Source: Octopus vulgaris (lineage: Eukaryota). From it: a DNA stretch of 64,000 nucleotides. Where the stretch lies: positions 45,384,001 through 45,448,000 of the forward strand of contig OX597827.1 of assembly GCA_951406725.2 (NCBI GenBank), in the 5' to 3' direction. The notes under the pieces are model-generated. The model was not told the DNA's origin and did no database searches. It saw only the letters and a program-made list of their open reading frames with translations. Shown in pieces: positions 25,919-40,144 of the stretch (positions are counted from its first letter, which is position 1; each line of letters opens with the position of its first letter). The position numbers and the translations under genes were made by a program.

Positions 25919-27765
25919 CACACACACAGATAATGGCCCAGTGGTTAGGGCAGCGGACTCGCGGTCATAGGATCGCCGTTTCGATTCCCAGACCGGGCGT
26001 TGTGAGTGTTTATTGAGCGAAAACACCTAAAAGCTCCACGAGGCTCCGGCAGGGGATGGTGGTGATCCCTGCTGTACTCTTTCACCACAACTTTCTCTCA
26101 CTCTTACTTCCTATTTCTGTTGTACCTGTATTTCAAGGGGCCGGCCTTGTCACTCTCTGTGTCACGCTGAATATCCCCGAAAACTACGTTAAGGGTGCAC
26201 GTGTCTGTGGAGTGCTCAGCCACTTACACGTTAATTTCACGAGCGGGCTGTTCCGCTGTGTGCTTCCATCCATACACACATATAGTATACATGCATACAT
26301 ATACACGTAACTACTTACTTCAACACATAAATACACACAAGCACACATACACACACAAACACACACAAAAATAAGTATATATATACAAAAACAAACAGAC
26401 AAACAAACAAATCTTATTAGGATCTAACAATTCACATTGCTGCTACTATTTTACGAAAGACAGATATATAATTAGTTGTAGAAAGTGAAATCCAAGGTCA
26501 TCAGCGCTACTCTACGATTGCATTCTATGGAAGTAAACAGTTAAAACCTCGAATAAATTAGCTTGTCGTAATGGAAGGGCAGTGCCTTTCACCGGAAATT
26601 AATAATATGAATAATTGTTCCTAATTTAGGTACATGACCACTAAGGGGAGGGGCTAGTTGATTCCATCGGTTTTAATATTTGGCTCATCTTTATTCTTTT
26701 AGAACTCGAAAGGATGAAAGGGAAAGTAGACTTCTCTGAGACTTGAACTCAAAACGTACAAGGTCGCATAAAATAATGCAAGATATTATCTCGACGCTCT
26801 ATCGATTTTCCTTATCCTCCACCTTGAAAAATAATTGTTTCTATTTTTGGCAAAGTCCTCGAGGGAACTGGGTTAGTCAATTACATCGACCATTGTAATT
26901 GATTGGTACTTTATTTTATTGACGCCGTGGGCATGAGAGTTAAAGTTGACCTCATCGGGGTTTGAACTCAGAAAGTAGAGGCTTGGCTGATAGACATTTT
27001 TTCGACGTCCTAACGATTCTGACAACCCTCCGTTTTCACTATACGGAGTCATAATAAAAAGTTGTACATAATAGAAAGTATGTACAAGTCTAACAGTTTT
27101 GAGGGGCGGGGGATTAGTCTATACTACAGTGCCCAGTGTGAAGGCACATGGCCTAGTGGTTAGAGCAGCAGACTCACGGTCGAGGGATCGCGGGTTCGAA
27201 TCTCAGACCGGGCGATGTGAGTGTTTATGAGCGTGACACCTAAGCTCCACGCGGCAGAAGGTAATGGCGAACTTCTACTGATTCTTTCACCATAACTTTC
27301 TCTCACTCTTTCCTCCTGCATCTTGCAGCTCACCTGCGACGGACTGGCGTCCCGTCCAGGTGGGAAACCTATGCGTCAAGGAAACCGGATAATCGGCCCT
27401 TATGAGTGTGGCTCGAGAAGGAACAAACAAAACAAGCAGAGCCCAGTATTTGTATCGTATGGTATTTTTACCAACCCCAAACACAGAACGTACAGAACCG
27501 AGAGGAATACTGCAAAGTATGTATTTTTAAAGGTCTTCGAATGATTCTACCAGCTCATCGCCCTCATTGCCCTTATACAGATAATAATCACAATTGTTCC
27601 AAATTTTAGGCTCAAGGTCAGTGACATTTGAGGGGAGCGAGAAACTCGATAAAATCGATTTCAGTATTTTGACAGGTACTTCATTTTATCGATCTTGAAA
27701 GGAAGAAAAGCAAACGGGTCTGTCAATTCAACGCCATAATCACCCTAGGTAATAATAATGATAAA

Positions 27766-27834
<69 letters not shown>

Positions 27835-27979
27835 CCTTTCTGCTGAAGGCACAAGGCCTGAACTTTTGGGGGAGGGTGTTAATCGATTATACCGATCCCA
27901 GTGTTCAACGGGTTCTTATTTTATCGATTATACCAGCTCACCGCCCTAATTATGATAATAACAATAACAATAATAATTC

Positions 27980-28627
27980 CCGTTACACAGTACCAAGTGG
28001 CTCTCGTGGCTTCTGATTGTAACTGATTGGAAGCGCTATAATGTGCAATGTTTTTTCTTGGTATAAAAGCTGGGCTACATCAAATATTCTATTCAATACC
28101 TCAGATTTCCTTGTCAGTTGCTTGGAATTGCTTGTCAGTTGTTTGACCTTAACCAGTTGAGCATGTCCCTTGGTGTTGGGATATGCCAATACACACAGAT
28201 AGAGAAATTAAGGCCAACAGACCAGATATAGTTGTCAGAGATCATGAAGAAAAAATGCTTTCTAATTGATGTATCAATACCAGCAGATGACAACATGTCT
28301 CTAAAAGAAATGGAGAAACTTTCAAAATGCAATGACCTGGAAATAGAGGTAAATAGAATGTGGAATCTAAAAACAGAAACAATTCCTATCATAGTAGGTG
28401 CATTAGGTATGATAAAAAATATTCAGACAAATACATAACAAAAACACCAGGACTTACAAACACATATAACATACAAAAAATTGCACTACTAGGCACTGCA
28501 CACATTCTACGCAGAACACTTTCAATACAGTAACCATCAGAGCATCACAACAAATCACAGCACATACTCAAGGCACACAGAGCTGCGCTCGGTAGGGAAG
28601 TGAAAGCATGTTATAAAATTAAAACTA

Positions 28628-28630
<3 letters not shown>
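27980..28630 (+). mobile_element. Internally deleted R4/Dong-clade non-LTR retrotransposon in (AAT)n
   Basis: 28177-28533 encodes WDMPIHTDREIKANRPDIVV...CFLIDVSIP...EKLSK..DL...IPIIVGALG...IQKIALLGTAHILRRTL (restriction-like endonuclease, PD..D motif); (AAT)n on both sides. Confidence 0.85.
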
Positions 28631-28696
<66 letters not shown>

Positions 28697-28721
28697 GATG
28701 ATGATGATGATGATGATGATG

Positions 28722-28784
<63 letters not shown>

Positions 28785-29624
28785 GCACAGGGTCAGTAGT
28801 TTTTTTTCAAGGGAGTGGTAATTCGATAACACCGACCCCAGGATGAAAGGTAATTTCGACCTCGGCGGAATTTGAACTCGGAATGTAAAGACGGAAGAAA
28901 TGCCATTAAGGGTCGATAAAATAAGTACCAGTCAAGCACTGGGAGTGGGGTCGATGTAATCGGTTAAAATCCTTTTTCCAAATTGTTTTATATCGTGTCA
29001 TAAAACAACCTGTATAATTTTGATAATAAAAATGTCTAATTTTGATAACAAGTTATTGCTTTTCTGTTGCGGTGATTAGAGCTAGGATAGTCTGTGGATC
29101 TCTTTCCCTTGACGATTAGTATTCAGTTATTCCATTGATTGAGTAACCAAAGCTTGAATTAATGAGTAGATCGTTGAGTATTCATTCCATAGACAGACAC
29201 GTGTATTCTCCATGTAAATCTCCGTCAGAATCAACGTGACAGTGTGCGTGACAAAGGTGTACTTTTTGACATACAGGTACAATCCTCTCAACTGGTATCT
29301 TTCTATAAAGTTTCTTTCTACCCACTTTCACTCGAAAGGTATGCTGGTGATGGTGGTGGGGGTGGGGGTTTGGGTGGGGGTGGAATTCGAGTCTATGAAA
29401 GATGCTAAGCCGTGGTACTGAACCCAGAACCTCGTGATTGCGATGCCAACTTCTTAACCATTCCGTGTTTTGCACCGAAGCTACCTCAGTACTTGTGTAG
29501 TGTCTTATGTTTTATGGAATAATTATTTAATGAAATAAAAAGCAAAAAGAAATTAACCCTCGTTAGGAATTGAACCCATGAAGATATTATTATACGCTGC
29601 AAAGCATACCGTATCCTTCGTAAT

Positions 29625-29760
29625 AATTCTTTCTAATTTTGGCACACAGGCAGTTTTGAGGGGAGGAACAGGTCGATAATATCGACCCCAGTACTTTACT
29701 GCTACCAAGCTCGAAAGCATGGAAGGCGAAGTCGACAGCGGTAGAATTTGAACTCCGGCC

Positions 29761-29814
<54 letters not shown>

Positions 29815-30014
29815 CCTTTCTAATGAAATTTGTGTGGGGGTGGAGGCTAATCGATTACATTGACCCCAGTACATAACTGGTACTTATTTCATCAACCCCG
29901 AAAGGGTGAAAGGCAAATTCGACATTGGCAGAATTTGAACTCAGAACGTAGAAGCGGACGAAATGCAGCTAAGCATTTCGTCCGGATTGCTAACGATTCT
30001 GCCAACTCGCCGCC

Positions 30015-30076
<62 letters not shown>

Positions 30077-30230
30077 CCCTTCTACGAAAGGCACAAGGCC
30101 TGAAATTTTAGGGTAGGGGGTAAGTCAGTTGCATCGACCACTGTACTCAGCTGGTACTTATTTCATCGACATAGAGAGGATGAAAGAGAATGGACCGACC
30201 CAGGCACCATTTGAACTTAGAAACGTAATG
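29625..30230 (-). mobile_element. Cluster of SINE family B copies separated by (AAT)n
   Basis: Repeated gaccccagt...ggtacttattt...aaaggcaaa(g)tcgac...tttgaactc units. Confidence 0.8.
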
Positions 30231-30956
30231 ATTATAATTGGAAGAGAACGAATGGAATTACTTGACCATAGAACAACATTGTTGTGTGTAGCACCAGGTC
30301 TGTCTTGATTGAGTAGACCTATACTTAAAGTCATTCTAGTCACGACCATCTTGTGTTTTTGGATTCCTTTCTTTTAAACGCTGGGGGTACATTTAAGAAA
30401 GATTTAGTTGCTATCTCTAGCCTGACAAGCAATCGCGTACAGGCTTCTGCGTTAACTTGTCCTAGAACGAATGAACACAGAAACATGATAGGAGCCAATG
30501 AAGAAGTCCTGCACCACCATGGTCACTGGCTCTGCTAGAAATAGCCACCAAATCTTTAAATCACACCCAGCTGGCTGTAATAAACGGCAAAGACACCCTG
30601 AATAATGTTTTCCCACATGCATTATGTCTGATTAAAAGAAGCAATTCTAGAAGACAAGATAACCGTAACTGAAATGCCTCAGTAACAACAACAACAACAA
30701 CAGCAGCAGCAGCAGCAACAACAACAAAAACAACAACAACAACAGGAACCGCAAATAAAATGAACCGACCCTCAAACTCAAAGTCGACCCCGGCGTCATT
30801 TGAACTCAGAACGTAGTAATAATAGCTATTCACTGATTAGTTCTTGTCAGTGTTTGAAGAATTAGGTTCTATAATAGATTAGGTGAGTGTTTAGCTAAAA
30901 CTGAGAACGGTTTATAATCATCTTGCACAGATCTATTAAGTTGGATATATTATATT

Positions 30957-31042
<86 letters not shown>

Positions 31043-31343
31043 GTATTCTTTTATTCTTTTATATGTTTCAGTCATTTGACCGCAACCATGTTGGAGCACC
31101 GTCTTAAAGGGTTTTAGTCGAAGAAATCGTCCCCAAGATTTATTCTTTATAAGCCTAGTACTTACTCTATCGGTCCATTTTGCCGAACCGCTAAAATACG
31201 GGGACGTAAACACATCCACATCAGCATCAGTTGTCAAGTGATGTTTGGTGGTGGTGGTGGTGGGGGGGGCAAACACACACGCACACACATATACATACAT
31301 ACCTACATACATACATACATACATGCATGCATGCATACATACA

Positions 31344-31414
<71 letters not shown>

Positions 31415-31565
31415 TACGGGATTCTTTCAGTTTCCGTCTACCAAATACACTCACAGGGATTTGGTCAACCCGAGGCTATAATAGAAGACAATTGCCCAAA
31501 ATGCTACGCAGTGGGACTGAACCCGGAACCATGTGGTTGAGAAGCAAGCTTCTAACCACACAGCC
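31043..31565 (-). mobile_element. Full-length SINE family A with internal microsatellite
   Basis: Reverse complement of the 43475-43874 sequence. Confidence 0.9.
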
Positions 31566-31634
31566 TATATATATATGTATATATATGTGTGTGTGTGTGT
31601 GTGTATTCACGTGTATATATTATTAATTATATCC

Positions 31635-31684
<50 letters not shown>

Positions 31685-31694
31685 CGAGATAGAT

Positions 31695-31726
<32 letters not shown>

Positions 31727-31729
31727 AAT

Positions 31730-31762
<33 letters not shown>

Positions 31763-32125
31763 GCAATAATCCTCGATTTGGATTTCCAGGAGCATTGATC
31801 CTTCGTCTTACTCCTCCATGCATGTATTAGAATTTTTAGTGGAAGGTATATTAATAAATGTGTATGTGTATATGTATATGTATGTACGTGTCTATGTGTG
31901 TGTATGTATATATGCACACATATACATACAGTAACATGCATATAAATATACATACACACATGGATGTAATGCATGCACATATATTTATGTATGTATTTTA
32001 CTTGTCTGTATACTCGGACTCCTCAGTGTACATGTTTGAATGTATGTGGATGTTTGTGTATTGTGTGTGTGTGTGTGTGTGTGTGTATGTCTGTGTGTGT
32101 GTGTGTGTGTATGTCTGTGTGTGTG

Positions 32126-32258
32126 TGTTGTCTTTAGTTTAATAATGGTCGTCAGTAAACAGGTTGTAGTTTGAGGCGTATTGTATTTGGCCAAACTTGG
32201 TCTTAATGACGGTGATAGTTTTTTTTTATGTTTTCGGAGGAGAGACAAGGGAGATTGC
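32126..32258. repeat. Local duplicate of 33242-33376
   Basis: 133 vs 135 bp; about 4 substitutions plus a poly-T length difference. Confidence 0.95.
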
Positions 32259-32425
32259 TCTGGGTTTGTTATGTGTGGGTCCTTAGAAAAAGGCCTGAAA
32301 CTACACCAGGAAGGTTATGTGTTGGATCCTCAAACATCGCGTGTATTATCATCGGTTTTTAATGTAACTAAATACCGAAGGAAATGAATAAATTCGAGAG
32401 AGAGAGAGATAGAGAGAGAGAGAAA

Positions 32426-32486
<61 letters not shown>

Positions 32487-32504
32487 AAGTAGATATAGCC
32501 TTAC

Positions 32505-33030
32505 CTTGGAGGTAGCGAATTGAGACACAGAGAGTCTCTCCAAAGATAAAGTTTTTGAGAAGGGCTGGTATGAGTGTAAAAGGCATACAGAATATAGCCA
32601 ACAATAGATCACTGACAGATAAGTTCAAAAGAAACACATTGGTCACTGTCCGCATTTTCTTGTTCTGTACCAACGTGACGATGACCAGTCCGTTGCCCGT
32701 CACCGCTAGGAAGAGTATAAGGATGTAGAAAGGTAGGCGTATGTCGTCAGTCCAGGCGAGACCTTTGTGTCCCGGAAGGCCCCGACCTCCGTTGAAGCTG
32801 AATCCATCTTGCGTCGAGCTAGTCGTCCAGTCGCTAGACGTAGTAGGGTTGTTGAGAAACGAGCCGGTTTGAGTCCTCTGCGAGCTGGCAACCGCTTCGG
32901 TCGTTGCGGTTGACCCATGAGAGATCGTTGTGAGATCCACGGCCGTGTGGGTTGAACTGAGCAAGCTACTTTGCTCGAAATGTGTCGTGTTGAAAGCAGT
33001 GAAGTAATGGGACAATCCGTGTAGATCCAT
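32505..33030 (-). CDS. CCKR: First coding exon of a cholecystokinin/gastrin/sulfakinin receptor-like class A GPCR (N-terminus, TM1, TM2, ECL1, start of TM3)
   Basis: ORF 32368..33030 encodes FYILILFLAVTGNGLVIVTLVQNKKMRTVTNVFLLNLSVSDLLLAIFCMPFTLIPALLKNFIFGETLC, closely matching vertebrate CCKAR (LGNTLVITVLIRNKRMRTVTNIFLLSLAVSDLMLCLFCMPFNLIPNLLKDFIFG). Ser/Thr-rich N-terminus with an NTT sequon. Homology ends at a CAAG|GTAAGG donor (phase 1) at 32505/32504. Confidence 0.93.
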
Positions 33031-33241
33031 CTCGCAACTACAAACTGTTCTGATTTGACGTGCTTAAGTTTTTCTGCTTTGTGTGACTTAATAATAGAAA
33101 GTAGTTTCGTGCTTTGGTAGTTGTTGGTTGATTGGTTGATTGGTTGATTACGTGGGTGTGTGGGTGGATAAGGGGTGGGTTGGTTCTCCTGCAGACGTAT
33201 ACTACTTGGTGGTTGCAAGGTATCCTTTTCGAATTTATTTT

Positions 33242-33376
33242 TGTTGTCTTTTGTTTAATAATGGTCGTCAGTAAACAGGTTGTAGTTTGAGGCGTATTGT
33301 ATTTGGCCAAAGTTGGTCTTAATGACGGTGGTAGTTTTTTTTTTAATGTTTTCGGAGGAGAGACAAGAGAGATTGC
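33242..33376. repeat. Partner of the duplication, upstream of the CCKR ATG
   Basis: Direct repeat of 32126-32258. Confidence 0.95.
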
Positions 33377-33810
33377 AGAGGGTTTATCGGGTTCTTTCAA
33401 AGGTTAGTGGTTGATCCCATTGTTGTTGTTGTTGTTGTTGTTGTGTATGATTGGATGCTATTTGTTTGGTGTTGGCGCTTAGTTAATGACTGATGGTTGG
33501 TGTTGGTCGTTGCGTGCTTGCTGGTTTATTTATTGTGAATGGTTGGTAATAGATGTCTACTGGTGGCTGATGCTGGTGGTGGCGTTGGTGCTGGTGTTGG
33601 TGTTTGAGTTAGTTAGATGTGCATGAGCTGGTGTTGGCGGTAGTGGGTTTTTTTGTTTGCTCGTTTCTTTGGGGGTTTTTTGTTTTGTTTTAGTGTCTGG
33701 TCTGCGACTGGTCTCTCAGTAATGGAGAGAGGCGGTGGTGGGGTGCAGAGATAAATAGATGGATGTGGAGAGACAGACAATCAAAGAGTGCGTCTGTGTG
33801 CGAGAGGGAA

Positions 33811-33852
<42 letters not shown>

Positions 33853-34575
33853 TGAGACAGTGAGAATGTAAGAGAGAGGGAGAGAGTGAAAAAAGATTTA
33901 AAGGACGGGGGATCTTAGTGAAAGAAAATAACAAAAGGAGAACTAGAAAGATAAATAGATGGAGAGAGAAAGGGAGAGAAGAGGGAGAGAGAAAGACAAG
34001 GAAAGAAAGTGGAAGAGAGATAAAGAGCGACAGAGAGAGAGAGAGAGAGAGAACTGTGCGTGTGCGTGTAAGTGATAAGAAGAGAAATATTAAAGTGGAG
34101 AGTTAAAGAGGCGAGACGTAGAATTAAATAGCATAAGAGTAGGAATGAGGGAGAGAGAGATAGAGGGAGAGAGAGAGCGCAAGATAGAGAAAGACTGAGA
34201 AAAAGAGGAAGAAAGTGAAACAAGAAAGAAAAAATAAGATTCTATATAAGAAAGTGACAGTATGTGATTGGTTGAAGAGAAGAATAAAAAGATGTCAAAC
34301 GGGATAAAAAGGAATGTACAACAATTTATGAAGAGGAAGAAAAAAGTGGACAAGAAGAGCCGTGTGTATGTGTGAGTGTATAAGTGTTTGTGTATTTAAG
34401 TAATATATATATATATATATATATGTATACATATATATGCATATATATATATACGTATATATGTGTGGCTATTATAAGTAGACTAGGTAGATATAAATTG
34501 ATATATAGTTGGGGAGGGAGAGACAGAACGATAGACAGTAAAATTATTAAGATATCTAAACAGCTAGAAAGGTAA

Positions 34576-34773
34576 ATAAGTTTCTTTATTGGCCACACAG
34601 GGCTGCACACAGATGGGACAAGTTACAAGGTAGAGCTTTTCTTTTGGGGGGGATGAAAAAAACAAAAAACAAAAGAAACAAAAAAAAAGGGGTGGCGTAG
34701 GTTTTCGATCAAGAGGGATCGTAAAAGGGAAGAAAAGAACAAAAAAAAAATAAATAAATAAAATAAAAAAAAA
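34576..34773 (-). mobile_element. 3' end of LINE-like element, copy 2
   Basis: Matches 12735-12935; GATA-type flanks. Confidence 0.65.
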
Positions 34774-34925
34774 GGTTAATAAGTTAGATAGATAGTGAGG
34801 CAGGGAGATACACAGATAGGGAGTCAAATAGATAGATATGGAAATAATTAGTTAGGTATATCGATAAATGTGTTCCTAGCTAAATAGGGAGGTAACAGAC
34901 AGGGAGAGGAATGAGTATATATTTT

Positions 34926-35148
34926 TCTGCTCTGCTCTAGGCACAGGGCCCGAAATTTTTTTTTTGTGGGGGAGGAAGCCAGTCGATTAGATCGACCCCA
35001 GTACGCAACTGGTACTTAATTTATCGACCTCGATAGGATGAAAGGCAAAGTCGACCTCAGCGGAATTTGAACTCAGAACATAAAGACAGACGAAATACCG
35101 CTAAGCATTTCGCCCGGCGTGCTAACGTTTCTGCCAGCTCGCTGCCTT
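34926..35148 (-). mobile_element. Full-length SINE family B
   Basis: Reverse complement aaggcagcgagctggcagaaacgttagcacg...gttcaaattccg...gtcgactttgcctttcatcc...aagtaccag. Confidence 0.9.
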
Positions 35149-35205
35149 GAGAAATAGGTAAATCGATGGATGGATGGATAGATAGATGGATAGATAGATA
35201 GATAT

Positions 35206-35243
<38 letters not shown>

Positions 35244-35244
35244 G

Positions 35245-35287
<43 letters not shown>

Positions 35288-35290
35288 GGT

Positions 35291-35338
<48 letters not shown>

Positions 35339-36264
35339 GAGATAGATAGATAGATAGTTTGAGTGATAGAAAGAGGTGAAATTATGAATGATAGCTTGAA
35401 TGAATGACGAAAATACGAGTCGAAGTAGGATAAAACGGACAAAGATTGAAAGAAGAAAATGTTTTTGTTTTTAAAAAAAAGAAATTGGAACTGAAAAATA
35501 CAATAGTAAAAATATATTTTAAAGAATAAATTCAGACAAGAACGAAAAAAGTAGAGGAAGGGGGGCGGAAGGGTAGCGGTTTGGAAAGATAATTGAGATG
35601 ATTAAAAGGAGGTAGAAATTAAAAAGACGCCAGAGTGAACTAGTAGTAGTGGTAGTACTAACATAACATAGTGGTAGTAGTAGTAGTAGTAGTAGTAATA
35701 TTGGTATTTGTAGTAAGTTCTAGTAGAGATGCTGGCAGATGTTAGTAGGGGTAGTAAAGTGATAAGGTATGTGTGTGTGTGTGTGTGTGTGTGTATCTAT
35801 CTGTCTGCCTGTCTGTCTGTTTGTCACACTCTCTGTCTCGTATATTTGGGGCGATCCAGTGACCCGCTATTCTGATGAGTCCGTGACACGCACCCGGTTC
35901 CTTGCGTAGGAAAAAGGCAATATATATATGTATGTAGATCTGTGAGTACGTTTATGAGCGTGTGTATATAACCGCAAAAGAGAGAAGTTTACATCAGTTT
36001 CCATACATGCACATGTCTGGCTCTCTCTTTCTCATGAAATTCTCTTCTTCTTTTAAAAATTTCATATATATATGAATTTCAGTGTTGATAAATATTGGTT
36101 AGTTGAACAGGTAGTCAACAGCCGACGCGTAAAAGTTGGTCCGGCTTGCAACAAACATGTAGGTATTCCAACACTAATTTACCTACATAACACACATGTA
36201 CATTGGTACATAGATATATGCGTGCACCCGCATACAAATCTAAATGTGTCATATATGAGTATAC

Positions 36265-36314
<50 letters not shown>

Positions 36315-36545
36315 ACACACGCACGTGTTATAATTATGTTACAAGCTACATTGTATTGTCTATTTGCATGCGATACATATCTTCAATGAATATGCTTTCA
36401 TAAGAAAGAGTGTATATATATATATATATATATATATATCATATATATGGGTGAGGGTGGGTGGGTGTGCGTGTGTGAGTGTGAGAGTGTGGATATGTGT
36501 ACATAAATATCTGAATAATTAAATGAAAAACATTTGTTTTATATA

Positions 36546-36626
<81 letters not shown>

Positions 36627-37334
36627 ATATATATACACACACACACCTTGTTTATCGTTCTGTCTCTGTCAAGTATTTTTGTACGATTTTGAGCCGTGTA
36701 TGAATATATATGTGTGTGATTGCGTGTATGTGTATGTGTATGTGTGTGTGTATGTATGTATGTATGTATGTATGTATGTATGTATGTATGTATATATGTA
36801 TGTATGTATGTATTACCGCATGTTATATATTTTTACAACCATTGACATTGATAATAATATCTCACCATCGTCGGCGTATCCTCACAAAAGATCCAAAAAG
36901 AAAGAACTAATATAGTTTATATTCGTAAAAGAACTTGCAAAAGTGATGTAGAAAACTTCATGCCTTTTCTAAGAGTCATTGCAGTTAAGTCGTAAATAGA
37001 TTAGTACAGATCCAAACGGGAATCGAAACCGCGGCATGTAATCAGCTGGCCTGCAACGTAAACAACAAAATACTAAAATGGAATAATGGTGCCTAAGATT
37101 TCTATTTTTATACTGGTGTTCGATCTCAATATTTCTTTCCTCCGCCCCCCCCCCACTTTTTTCTCAATCGAACTCTGTCAGTCACTCGCTTTATATATCT
37201 CTCTCCCCCCACCTCTCTCTCTCTCTCTCTGTCTCTGTCGCTGTCTTTTCATCTTTTAACACGCCGAACGAGAATACAAAAGGTACCTGTTGTATTTTGT
37301 GTCCAGTACAGCTGTAGTACATACATATATATAT

Positions 37335-37398
<64 letters not shown>

Positions 37399-37517
37399 AT
37401 ATATATATATATATATATATGCATGTATGTATTTATGTATTTATGTATGTATGTATGTATATATGTATGTATATATATATATATATACATATATATTTAT
37501 ATATGCGTATATGTATG

Positions 37518-37567
<50 letters not shown>

Positions 37568-37901
37568 CATATATATTTATATATATGTATATATACTTAT
37601 ATATTTATATATATGCGTATATGTATGTATATATATATATATATGTATGTATGTATGTATGTATATATATATATGTATGTATGTATCTATGTATCTATGT
37701 GTGTAAGTGTGTGTGCATGCATATATAGTATATATGTATATATGTGTTTATATATGAGGGATGTGTATACGTAAATATACATATGTATATACATACATAT
37801 ACATATATATATATATACATATATATTTATATATGCATATATGCATATATATACATATATATACATACATACACACACTCATACACACATATATATCTAC
37901 G

Positions 37902-38018
<117 letters not shown>

Positions 38019-38517
38019 GTGTCTGTGTATGTTTATGTGTGTATGTCACTGCTTGTGGTAGAGGCCACGTTGCCACGTTGCCATATTGTCACAAGCTGTT
38101 GATCCAAAGAGAAAAAGAGTCGAATATATATAAAGGATACAAGCTACGAAAAAGTTTGTATTATTATTACGAGACAGACGGTCAGACACGCACACACGCA
38201 CACACACACACACAGACACACACACACACACACACAGTACACACACAGACACACGATACAGGCACACACACATACTCTCGCACACGCACACCCACACTCA
38301 CACGCACGTGCTCTCCAATGCACGCACGAACACACATGCACAGACATGCATGTCGAGCTGCTTTTTGTTGCTGCTGTTGCTGTTGGCATAACTACTGCAC
38401 CTGCTGCATGTGCTCTTGATGAAATGCTGCTGCTGTTGTTGATGTTGCTGTTGTTGTTGTTTTCAGTTCTTTTCCAATCTGTTATTCCCTAATCACTAGC
38501 GGAATGATTTCGTTGAC

Positions 38518-38572
<55 letters not shown>

Positions 38573-39305
38573 GTAATAGTAGTGGTAGTAGTATTAGTAT
38601 TAGTAGTAGTAGTAGTAGTTGTTGTAGTAGTATTGGTTGTGGCGGTAGTATTTGTGATAATGGTAGTAGTAGTAGTGGTAGTTGTAGTAGTAGTAGTAGT
38701 AATAGTAATAATGGTTATGATAGTAGTAGTATTAGTAGTAATAGTAATAGTCGTAGCAGATGTAGTATTAGTAGTAGTAGTAGTAGTAAAAGTAGTAGTA
38801 GTAGTAGTAGTAGTAGTAAATGTAGTAGTAGTAGTAGTAGGAGTAGTAGTGGTGGTAGTAGTTGTAGTTGTAGTAGTAGTTGCGGCTTAAGTATCTGTGA
38901 TAATGCTAGTATTAGTGGTGGTAGTAGTAGTAGTAGTTGTTGTTGTTGTTGTGTTTATGGTTGTTGTGGTAACAAAAATCGTTGTAGTGATTGAAGCAGA
39001 TGTGGTGGCAGCAGTACTTGTGGTAGCGTTAGTCGCATTAATTCTAGTCGTGTCAGTGGAGGTGTTAGTATTAGCAGCAGCAGCAACAGCAGCAATAGCA
39101 GTAGAAATAGGTGGTAGTAGTAGTAGTAGTATTAGTAGTGGTGGTGGTGGTGGTCTTGGTGTTGGTGTTGGTGGTGGTGGTGGTGGTCTTGGTGTTGGTG
39201 TTGGTGGTGGTTGTGGTGTAGTGGAAGTGGTTGTGTAATGGTTGTGGTTATCGGAATTATAGTAATGGTTGTAGTAGAAGCAGCAGTGGTGGTGGTGGTG
39301 GTGTT
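38518..39305. repeat. (ATT)n/(GTA)n/(GGT)n trinucleotide field
   Basis: Direct reading; source of the poly-Leu/poly-Val ORFs. Confidence 0.9.
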
Positions 39306-39707
39306 ACTTGTAAAACACGAGTTTTAATTCTACCAAGATCGACTTTTCCTTTTATCCTTTCGGGGTCGATAAAATAAGAACCAAATGAGTGCTGGGGGGT
39401 AGATGTAATGAACTAGCCCCCTCCTTCCTTCCCTACAAAATCCCAGACCTTGTGCCTATAATAAAACAACTTTTCTATCATTACGGCTGAGGACCCAAGG
39501 CGCGGTGAGCTGGCAGAATCGTTAACACGCCAGACAGGATACTTAATGGAATTTCTTCCGTCTATTTTCGTTCGGAGTTCAAATGCCGTCGAGGTAGACT
39601 TTGTCTTTTATCCTTTCAGGGTCAATAAAATAATTGCCAATTGAGCACTGGAGTCGCTGTAATCAACTAAACCCCTGCCCCAAAGTTTCTCGCATTGTGC
39701 CTATACG

Positions 39708-39911
39708 CTTTTACTCTTTTACCTGTTTCAGTCATTTGACTGTGGCCATGCTGGAGCACCACCTTTAGTCGAGCAAATCGACCCCAGGACTTATTCTTTG
39801 TAAGCCTAGTACTTATTCTATCTGTCTCTTTGGCCGAACCGCTTAGTTACGGTAACGTAAACACACCAGTATCGGTTGTCAAGTGATGTTGGGGGTACAA
39901 ACACAGACACA

Positions 39912-39975
<64 letters not shown>

Positions 39976-40144
39976 CATATACGACGGGCTTCTTTCAGTT
40001 TCCGTCTACCAAATCCAATCACAAGGCTTTGGACGACCCGAGGCTATAGTAGAAGACACTTGCCCAAGGTGCCACGCAGTGGGACTGAACCCGGAACCAT
40101 CTGGTTGGTAAACAAGCTATTTACTACATAGCCACTCCTGCGCC
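39708..40144 (-). mobile_element. Full-length SINE family A inserted into the tail of a family B SINE
   Basis: Family B tail ttgtgcctata|gtagaaagaatt is split around it. Confidence 0.85.

Noticed and set aside
27980-28050. Possible HDV-like ribozyme at the Dong 5' end
   Set aside because: A P4-like hairpin exists but no P1/P3 nested pseudoknot could be built.
32368-32504. C-terminal KAISTYFSLSLSL... part of the GPCR ORF
   Set aside because: Read-through past the GT donor into an intronic (CT)n tract.
32706-33400. Overlapping 170-aa and 120-aa minus-strand ORFs near CCKR
   Set aside because: Alternative frames of the exon and UTR, with non-ATG starts and no domain.
35872-35886. CTGATGAGTCCGTGA, identical to the start of a textbook hammerhead
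   Set aside because: No following GGAC-GAAA or cleavage module; treated as a coincidence.
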